A stretch of 64,000 nt of DNA, taken from positions 1,632,001-1,696,000 of the forward strand of contig CAXXVZ010000003.1 in assembly GCA_963678065.2 (NCBI GenBank), given 5' to 3'. Both the position numbers and the translations under genes were made by a program. The DNA is from Treponemataceae bacterium (GTDB lineage Bacteria > Spirochaetota > Spirochaetia > Treponematales > Rectinemataceae). The notes beneath the pieces were generated by a model. It made no database searches. It saw nothing but the letters and a program-made list of their open reading frames with translations, and was not told where the DNA came from. The first letter of the stretch is position 1. Each line of letters opens with the position of its first letter. This document shows, piece by piece, positions 57,048 through 64,000 of the stretch.

Positions 57048-58112
57048 TCAGCGCCGTAGGACGGTCTCCTCGATGGTTCTGAGCTGGGAGCGATACAGCC
57101 CGGTGATGTTGGTGCCGTAGTCGGCGACGAGCTGAAGCATGTCGCGCGGCCTCTCGTCCTCGTCGCGGCCGTTGATGCGGTCGCCCGCGTCTCCGAGGCC
57201 CGGCATGATGTAAGCCTTGTCGTTCAGGATGGGGTCCATCCAGAGCGTGTAGACCGTGACATTTTCTATGGCGCGCACGACGCGGAGCGCCCCCTTCAGG
57301 GCCGAGACGACGTTGAAGAACTTGATGGAGCGGGGCCGGACGCCCTGCGCCTTGAGGTAGTTCACGACGGTGACGAGGCTTCCGCCAGTCGCGTTCATGG
57401 GATCGGCGAAAAGAAGGTCCTTGCCGTCCAGGTCCTCGAGTTTGAAGTAGGAGCGATCGAGATCGAGGATGTACTCCATCGTGCGCTCGGTCTTCGTGTC
57501 GTCGCGCTTGATCTTGAAGAGGGCGAAAGGCGTGACATAGCCGGTCGACGAGAACTCCTGTATCTCCTTGGAGACAATCATGGAGGGCAGGAGAGCGCCG
57601 CGCAGCATGACGCACATGACCGTGTTCTCGATCTCCGCGTCGATGTTGGGTATCTTGTGCACGGCGAAATTCTGCAATGGCACCGTGACGGGCGTCTTCA
57701 CGATGAGGTAATTCTTGTTCGAGCTTCCGGCGCTGCCGAAGGCGAGCTTGAAGAGCATCTCGAAGGCGCGCTGGGTGTAGTAGACGAATTCCTGCCTGCC
57801 CGTATTGACATCGCGGAGCTTCGCGATGAGGCGGCTGGCCTCGCCGTGGTTTTCCGCAGGCGTGGCGAAGGAGTAGACCTGGATGCCGGGCTCCCTCTTG
57901 CAGATCTCCTGCATGAGACTTCCCATCGTGTTGTACAGCTCGGTGAGGTTTTTTTCCTCGCGCGTGCGCTCGGCCTCCGAAGAGGCCGAAGACAGGAAGT
58001 TGAAGGAGACCATGGCCTGGCGGTACAGGCCATCCATCCGGGCGAGAAGCTCCTTGTCGGACTCGGTGAGGAGACCGTCGAGATCTTCCGCTTTCAGGAT
58101 GACCTTGCTCAT
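57048..58112 (-). CDS. upp: Uracil phosphoribosyltransferase with N-terminal extension
   Basis: [27 protein letters not shown]. Confidence 0.85.
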   Translation of the reverse strand: MSKVILKAEDLDGLLTESDKELLARMDGLYRQAMVSFNFLSSASSEAERTREEKNLTELYNTMGSLMQEICKREPGIQVYSFATPAENHGEASRLIAKLRDVNTGRQEFVYYTQRAFEMLFKLAFGSAGSSNKNYLIVKTPVTVPLQNFAVHKIPNIDAEIENTVMCVMLRGALLPSMIVSKEIQEFSSTGYVTPFALFKIKRDDTKTERTMEYILDLDRSYFKLEDLDGKDLLFADPMNATGGSLVTVVNYLKAQGVRPRSIKFFNVVSALKGALRVVRAIENVTVYTLWMDPILNDKAYIMPGLGDAGDRINGRDEDERPRDMLQLVADYGTNITGLYRSQLRTIEETVLRR

Positions 58113-58690
58113 GCCTTCACCACTTCTCCGTAGACGCCGGAGCCGATGCCGACAGCGTTGCCCTCGTCGAAGTCGATGTGGCATTCGAGGGCGTAGTTCG
58201 AACCGACGCGGCAGACGACGTTGAGGAAGATCGCCCCGCGCTCCTCGCCCACCTTGAGCGAGACAATCTCTCCGTCTTTGACGTCGAAACGGAGGGCGGC
58301 TTCGGGATCGAAGTGGACGTGGCGCTTCGCGATGATGAGACCCTTGTCCTTCTTGATGGTGACCTTCGGTCCGATAATTTCCATAGGGAAGCTGCCGTCG
58401 AGTTTGCCGGACTCGCGGGTGGGGCAGCCGGGGACACCGAGCTTGAAGACATCGCTCGCGAGGATCTCGCACTGTGTTTCCTTGCGCTCCGGCCCGAGGA
58501 TGCGGACATTCTCGATGGCGCCCTTGGGTCCCTTGATGGTGAGGGTCTCGGCGCAGGCGAACTGGCCGGGCTGCACGAGATCCTTGGTCTTAGTGAGCTG
58601 GTAACCTGCGCCGAAGAGGGCTTCGACGTCGGCACGGGACAGGTGGATGTGGCGGTTGGAAAGATTGACGATGACTTTGGTTTCGGGCAC
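58109..58690 (-). CDS. pduL: PduL-type phosphotransacylase
   Basis: [31 protein letters not shown]. Confidence 0.92.
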   Translation of the reverse strand: MPETKVIVNLSNRHIHLSRADVEALFGAGYQLTKTKDLVQPGQFACAETLTIKGPKGAIENVRILGPERKETQCEILASDVFKLGVPGCPTRESGKLDGSFPMEIIGPKVTIKKDKGLIIAKRHVHFDPEAALRFDVKDGEIVSLKVGEERGAIFLNVVCRVGSNYALECHIDFDEGNAVGIGSGVYGEVVKA

Positions 58691-58798
58691 GGGGCACCTC
58701 CGGAAAGTTTATGCTCCGCTAATAGACGGGGCGCGGAGTGGAATGTTCGGATCTGGTTGAACTACCGTTAATAAAGTAGACGGGTCCGCGCCGGAGGG

Positions 58799-59020
58799 TC
58801 AAGGGGAGCCGTCAGCACGGCGCGGCCAAAAGACGCGTCCCGGGCAGATTGCGCGTTCGCCCGAACCAGTACCCCGGACAGTCCGTACGGCACCCTCGCG
58901 GTACTGGAGATCCTTCGAACCGGGCCTCGATGAGAGGGACAGGCTGCCGTCCCCCGCGTACGTGTCGATCTTGGCCCGCACCAGGAAATTGACAAACTCC
59001 CCGCGATCTTCCATTCTCAT
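58799..59020 (-). pseudogene. Truncated remnant resembling the N-terminus of DUF5680 proteins
   Basis: AGGAG RBS; FLVRAKIDTYAG...SRPGSKDLQYREG, then similarity appears lost; family recalled from memory. Confidence 0.5.
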
Positions 59021-59101
59021 ATTTTCTCCTTGAAAAATATTCTACAACTCTGCCTTGCGCTTTTTCAGAAAAGGTTTACCATACCTGTTGGAGGAAAAAA
59101 C

Positions 59102-60445
59102 ATGAAAAAGTCCTGCTTCTTTTACGCTCTCGTCCCCGTTCTCGCCATGGTGGCCGCATCCGGGGCCTTCGCCCAGGACAACCGCGTCGACACAATCCGT
59201 CCCGACGCGCCCGAGCTCGCTCCCTACGGACCCTTCGCGATCGGCATGAAGACCCTCAAATTCATCAACCCGAGACAGATGAACATCCTCAAGGCCAAAG
59301 CAGGAGAAGTCATTCCGGGCTACGACAGACCGCTGACCGTGGAAGTCTGGTACCCGGCCATAGCCGGCACGGGACTCGCCGGACAGAGTGGCTACCGCGA
59401 CATCTACACCCGCGACGGCAAGACGCTCGTGACGCTCTTCGGCCGCGCCGTGCGCGATGCCCTTCCCGACGCCGGGAAAGCCCCCTACCCTCTCGTCATC
59501 ATATCGCACGGCTATCCGGGAAACCGCTTCCTCCTCGCCCACCTCGCCGAGAACCTCGCGAGCAAGGGCTACGTCGTCGCATCCATCGACCACACGGACT
59601 CAACCTACAACGACCAAGGCGCCTTCGGCTCGACCTTGCTCAACCGTCCCCTCGATCAGCTCTTCGTTCTGGACTCCATGGCGAAGCTTAACTCGGGCGC
59701 CGCGGGCTCCAGCCCCCTCGATGCCGGCCTCGGGGGAATGATCCAGGCCGACAACACAGCCCTGATCGGCTACTCGATGGGCGGCTACGGCGTCGTCAAT
59801 GCGATCGGCGGAGGCTTCACCGCCTCTATCGTGAAATCCCCCCTCGCTCCGCCGAACATGGCTCTCGCGCGGAGGCAGACGGAAAATCCCGAATACCTCG
59901 CGAGCATGGATCCGCGCATCAAAGCCGCTATCGCCATCGCGCCCTGGGGCTGGAACATGGGTTTCTGGGACAAAGAAGGCCTCGCGGGCATAAAGACGCC
60001 GGTGTTCTTCATGGCCGGCTCTGCCGACGCCTCCGCCGGATACTCTCCCGGCGTCCGTAACATCTTCGAACTCTCGGTCAACGCCGACCGCTACCTTCTG
60101 ACTTTCGAGAACGCGAGCCACAACGCGGCTGCGCCCATTCCCGCGCCGAAGGAGACCTGGCCGGCTCCCGGCTCCACCGTCTACAACGCGGGTCACTACA
60201 TGGACCCGGTCTGGGACACTGTGCGCATGAACAACATCGCCCAGCACTTCGCGACCGCCTATCTCGCGAAATACCTCAAGGGCGACACCGGTATGGATTC
60301 CTATCTCGACCTCGCAGAGTCCGGCAAAGATGCTGTCTGGTCAGTCGACGCCAAAGGCCAGCCCAAGGCGGACCACACATACTGGAAGGGATTCGGCAAC
60401 CGCAGCGCGGTCGGCCTCCGGCTCGAGCACAGGAAACCTTACTGA
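59102..60445 (+). CDS. Secreted alpha/beta hydrolase (dienelactone-hydrolase-like)
   Basis: Signal peptide; VWYPA, SHGYPG, GYSMGG, NASHN; GGAGG RBS. Confidence 0.9.
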   Translation: MKKSCFFYALVPVLAMVAASGAFAQDNRVDTIRPDAPELAPYGPFAIGMKTLKFINPRQMNILKAKAGEVIPGYDRPLTVEVWYPAIAGTGLAGQSGYRDIYTRDGKTLVTLFGRAVRDALPDAGKAPYPLVIISHGYPGNRFLLAHLAENLASKGYVVASIDHTDSTYNDQGAFGSTLLNRPLDQLFVLDSMAKLNSGAAGSSPLDAGLGGMIQADNTALIGYSMGGYGVVNAIGGGFTASIVKSPLAPPNMALARRQTENPEYLASMDPRIKAAIAIAPWGWNMGFWDKEGLAGIKTPVFFMAGSADASAGYSPGVRNIFELSVNADRYLLTFENASHNAAAPIPAPKETWPAPGSTVYNAGHYMDPVWDTVRMNNIAQHFATAYLAKYLKGDTGMDSYLDLAESGKDAVWSVDAKGQPKADHTYWKGFGNRSAVGLRLEHRKPY

Positions 60446-60543
60446 CCCGGCAACTTCAAAGCTGCCATAGCGTCGCGAATGAGCTTAGCCGTAGCGGCTC
60501 ATTCGCGACGCTGAGATGCACTGTGTAATTGCCGGGTCAGTAA
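60439..60543. mobile_element. 105-bp MITE/REP-like nested palindromic element
   Basis: 15-bp terminal IR TTACTGACCCGGCAA / TTGCCGGGTCAGTAA; internal 16-bp IR at 60469-60484 and 60497-60512. Confidence 0.55.
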
Positions 60544-60592
60544 AGCCGCAGGGAGTCGCCTTTGCCGTCGGAGTCCGATGCCGGGACGAGTA

Positions 60593-61072
60593 TCATGCTT
60601 CCTCTCCGTCTTCGCAGGCCGCCTGGCCTGCGAGGTCGCAGCCTTCTTTGTAGAGGCAATTCCGGCACTGCCTGCCGGGGCACTCGAAAAAGTTCTCGAC
60701 ATCCCGAAGCTGCTTCACGTGCCACTTCAGCTCCTCGATCTTCTTCTCGGCCTGACGTTTCGCCCACTCGGCGGACTGTATCTGCTCCGAGTACTTGCGG
60801 ATGAGGAGGCTGCGACAGGACTCACCGGAGCGGTCCTTTGCCGCGAGATCGAAGAATTCCTTGATCTCCTCGAGACTGAGGCCGTAGGACTTGAGTTGGA
60901 GGATTCGCTTTATGTAGATGAGGTTCCGTTCGGAAAAACGACGGTGGTTTCCCTCGTCGCGGTCGACGGCCCGCACGAGGCCGAGTCCCTCATAATATCT
61001 GATCGTTCTGACGGTCAGCCCGGAAAGACGGGCGAGGTCGCCGATCCGGTAGATGGTATTTTTCTTTTTCAT
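60593..61072 (-). CDS. MerR-family regulator with C-terminal Cys cluster
   Basis: YRIGDLARLSGLTVRTIRYYE; CPGRQCRNCLYKEGC. Confidence 0.9.
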   Translation of the reverse strand: MKKKNTIYRIGDLARLSGLTVRTIRYYEGLGLVRAVDRDEGNHRRFSERNLIYIKRILQLKSYGLSLEEIKEFFDLAAKDRSGESCRSLLIRKYSEQIQSAEWAKRQAEKKIEELKWHVKQLRDVENFFECPGRQCRNCLYKEGCDLAGQAACEDGEEA

Positions 61073-61170
61073 ATCGCGTTTTGGCGTTCGGGAATCACGC
61101 CGGCCCGAATCTTACGTCAGCAATTTCGCAAGGTCAATACGAGGGGGCTATACTGGAAACCGGAGGAACC

Positions 61171-62181
61171 ATGAAACGATCCATACTTTCTGTCTTTGTC
61201 ATCTTCCTTGCTTTTTCCGGCGCGGCTTCCGCGAAGCCCGCCAAGGTGGCCGTCTTCGTTCCCGGCGTACGCGCCGGGAGCCCCATCTACGAGGCCCTCG
61301 TTTCCGGCGCCGAAAAGGCCGTGGCCGAACAGCCCGGTTCGAGCCTGAAAGTCCTCGAGGCCGGTTTCAACCAGGCCGAATGGGAAGAGAAACTGACCTC
61401 CCTCGTCGCTACGGGAGAATACGACTACATCCTCACGTCCAATCCCTCGATCCCCGATCTCATCGCGAAAGTCGCTCCCGCCTTTCCGAAACAGAAGTTC
61501 ATCGCGCTGGACGGCTACCTCAAGGGCCTTCCCCAGCTCTACACTGTCCTCTACAACCAGCTCGAGCAGGGCTACGTGACAGGCTATCTCGCCGGACTTG
61601 TCTCGGTCAGCTCCATGCCGGGGGCCAATCCCGCCAAAAAAGTAGGACTGGTCATCGGCCAGCACTACCCGGTCATGGACAGAATCATCATTCCCGGATT
61701 CGAGCAGGGACTCAGGGCGGCCGATCCCGCCTTCCAGCTCGACACCCGCGTCATCGGCAACTGGTACGACGCCACGAAGGCGGCCGAGCTCGCAAAGAGC
61801 ATGTTCGCCTCCGACATCGACGTCATCCTGCCCATAGCCGGCAGCGCGAGCCAGGGCGTCATCAAGACAGCCCAGGAAGCGGGAAAATACGTTGTCTTCT
61901 TCGACGGCGACGAGTACGCGCGGGCCCCGAAGACCATCCTCGGCTGCACGGCGCTCAACCAGGAAAAGCTGGCATACACAAAGCTCAAGGCCGCCTTCGA
62001 GGGCAAGCTCGCATTCGGGACGGCCGAGGTCGTGGGCATGAAAGAAGGCTACATCGAGTTCCTGGACAGGGATCCTTCGTACAGGGAGACTGTGCCTGCG
62101 GCCATCCGCGCCAAGCTCGATGCCGCCATCGCCTCGATCAAGTCCGGCAAGCTGAGCTTCGCAGTTCCCTCGCTGCAATGA
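61171..62181 (+). CDS. BMP-family ABC substrate-binding protein
   Basis: Signal peptide; GYVTGYLAG, GFEQG, GNWYDA, IAGSASQGV; GGAGG RBS. Confidence 0.88.
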   Translation: MKRSILSVFVIFLAFSGAASAKPAKVAVFVPGVRAGSPIYEALVSGAEKAVAEQPGSSLKVLEAGFNQAEWEEKLTSLVATGEYDYILTSNPSIPDLIAKVAPAFPKQKFIALDGYLKGLPQLYTVLYNQLEQGYVTGYLAGLVSVSSMPGANPAKKVGLVIGQHYPVMDRIIIPGFEQGLRAADPAFQLDTRVIGNWYDATKAAELAKSMFASDIDVILPIAGSASQGVIKTAQEAGKYVVFFDGDEYARAPKTILGCTALNQEKLAYTKLKAAFEGKLAFGTAEVVGMKEGYIEFLDRDPSYRETVPAAIRAKLDAAIASIKSGKLSFAVPSLQ

Positions 62182-62251
62182 CCTTCCGGCTCCGGTAAAG
62201 CCGGCAACTGCCCGATTCGCCTGAGGCCCGGAACTCAGGGCACAGGCGGAT

Positions 62252-62917
62252 TCAGTAGGGCTTGCGGAAAGCAGTCAGTCTGTCATGATCGCGGAGGATG
62301 TCGGCTATTTCATAGAGACTGTGTATCCTCGGCAGAGGGAAGTCCCGGTACCTGTCGTGCTCGTCGAGCAGGGCAGAGTACCCCCCCATATCGTAGAACC
62401 CGCGAACGTAATGCCGGAGGTCGTCGACGAAGAAAACCTCGGAAGCGGGATAGCCGAAGGAGGAGAGAACACGGTCAAAGGCCGAATGGTGAGGTTTGCC
62501 GTGGAAATGGTTGAAGCGGATGTCGTAGACGGCGGAGAAGCACTCGGCGATGCCCAGCTTGGCGAGAATCCGCTCGGCGTGTTCGGTGGGCGAGTTGGTC
62601 AGGATAGCCTTGGGCAGGGCTATCGAGTCGAGGAAAACTTCCAGATCGGGATCGGCGGGAATGCAGTATTCCTCTCCCCTCGGGTGAATGGCCGCCAGGT
62701 ACTCTTCGGTGTCGGTCAACCCTTCTTCGGCCATGAGCCATTCCAGGGTGGTGCCGTAATTCCGGACCCGTTCGCGCCGGAGTATGATGGCTTCCTCGGG
62801 GCTGATACCGAGAAAACCCGCGACGTAATCCGTCATGCGCCTGAGGATATCCCGCTCCATCCCCGTTGTTTCCGAATACAGAGTGTTGTCCAGATCGAAA
62901 AGAAGAGCCCTGACCAT
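62252..62917 (-). CDS. HAD hydrolase (pyrimidine 5'-nucleotidase-like)
   Basis: FDLDNTLY, YGTTL, LTNS, GKP, FVDD. Confidence 0.9.
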   Translation of the reverse strand: MVRALLFDLDNTLYSETTGMERDILRRMTDYVAGFLGISPEEAIILRRERVRNYGTTLEWLMAEEGLTDTEEYLAAIHPRGEEYCIPADPDLEVFLDSIALPKAILTNSPTEHAERILAKLGIAECFSAVYDIRFNHFHGKPHHSAFDRVLSSFGYPASEVFFVDDLRHYVRGFYDMGGYSALLDEHDRYRDFPLPRIHSLYEIADILRDHDRLTAFRKPY

Positions 62918-63060
62918 GCTACGGTAGTACCATGCCCGGCGGCCCGGTACAAGATGCGATGTGTGTGCTGGCGTGTATGCCCGGGAACCGTCGCTAAAGG
63001 GCCGGACGATACTGGCCTGAATCGATCCCGCCACGGTATATTCGACTCAAGAGGTCAAAA

Positions 63061-63870
63061 ATGCTCCCCATCGGCGACGACAACACCATGGTCAGAAAAG
63101 GATCCGCCCGCGTCACGTGGACAATAATCCTCCTCAACATATTCGTATTCGTCTTCTTCCAGAAATTCGGGAGCAACTACGGAGCCATCGCCTCCTTTGC
63201 GACAGTCCCCTCGGAGATTCTTTCCGGCAGGGATGTGGTGACCCAGGCGAAGCGGGTGCTCGATCCGGGCTCGGGACTTGTCTACCTCGTACCCGGACTC
63301 AGGCCCACTCCGATATGGGTCTACCTCACACTCATAACATCGATGTTCATGCACGGCGGCTTCGCCCATCTCGCGGGGAACATGCTGTTCATGGCGATCT
63401 TCGGAGACAATGTCGAGTGCAGGATCGGCAGACGGCGATTCATCACCCTCTACCTCGTCTCGGGAATTCTGGGAAGCCTCGCCCATGTCGGTATGTCCGC
63501 CCTCACGGGAGCGGATCTGAACTCACCCATGATCGGCGCTTCCGGCGCGATATCGGGCATTCTCGGCGCCTATCTCGCGCTGTTCCCGGGAAACCGAGTC
63601 TACGTGCTGCTCTTCAACTTCATCCCGACGGCATTCTCCGCCTGGTTCGTCATCGGCATCTGGTTCATCATCCAGCTCTTCGGCGGCCTCGCAGGCATGA
63701 CGGCGGGCGGAGTAGCCTACGCCGCGCACATCGGAGGTTTCCTCGTCGGATGGATCTGGGCGAAACGATACTCCCGCATCGAAGACGACAGACTCGCGAG
63801 GGAACATATCAAGCGCGGTTCCTACGGCCAATCCGGCGACGTCCGCTGGTGGGTCGTGGACGATCGCTAG
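63061..63870 (+). CDS. Rhomboid intramembrane serine protease
   Basis: SMFMHGGFAHLAGNML, GASGAI, AHIGG. Confidence 0.94.
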   Translation: MLPIGDDNTMVRKGSARVTWTIILLNIFVFVFFQKFGSNYGAIASFATVPSEILSGRDVVTQAKRVLDPGSGLVYLVPGLRPTPIWVYLTLITSMFMHGGFAHLAGNMLFMAIFGDNVECRIGRRRFITLYLVSGILGSLAHVGMSALTGADLNSPMIGASGAISGILGAYLALFPGNRVYVLLFNFIPTAFSAWFVIGIWFIIQLFGGLAGMTAGGVAYAAHIGGFLVGWIWAKRYSRIEDDRLAREHIKRGSYGQSGDVRWWVVDDR

Positions 63871-64000
63871 AAGCCCGGATCGATTGGACTGAAGGCCAGG
63901 AATGCCCTCGCGAAATCACATACACGAATGCGTCGTGCTCCGCGCCCGGGAAAGCCCCTCTGGCGACAGGATACTGAGCCTCCTCACGGCGGAGAACGGC

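Overview
A GC-rich, gene-dense chromosomal segment, most likely from an anaerobic spirochaete. Support for that assignment is inferred from a Treponema-type LysM repeat protein, a PUR/DUF3276 protein, a Borrelia-like bS22 and a BMP-family protein. About 60 CDS can be supported. Housekeeping genes include der, ptsI, rnhB, trxB, infA, dksA, nudC and an M18 aminopeptidase. There is a buk-ptb-vor operon for branched-chain 2-oxoacid fermentation, a GtrB/GtrA/GT-C surface glycosylation triad, and an 8-gene sugar or amino-sugar uptake and catabolism operon (14263-23064) with divergent enzymes. I found no rRNA, tRNA, CRISPR array, transposase or prophage. The most notable observations are: (1) that operon, whose FrlB-like protein lacks the canonical catalytic Glu and whose promoter is followed by a 15-bp inverted repeat; (2) sigma70-like -10 boxes 6-9 nt before many start codons, suggesting widespread leaderless mRNAs; (3) a 30-aa bS22-like ribosomal protein gene missing from the ORF track; (4) a giant LysM protein with near-identical 570/612-bp repeats; (5) a Crp/Fnr regulator missing its central helices; (6) a 105-bp MITE-like element that supplies a gene's stop codon. 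Family assignments come from motif recognition by eye, not database searches.
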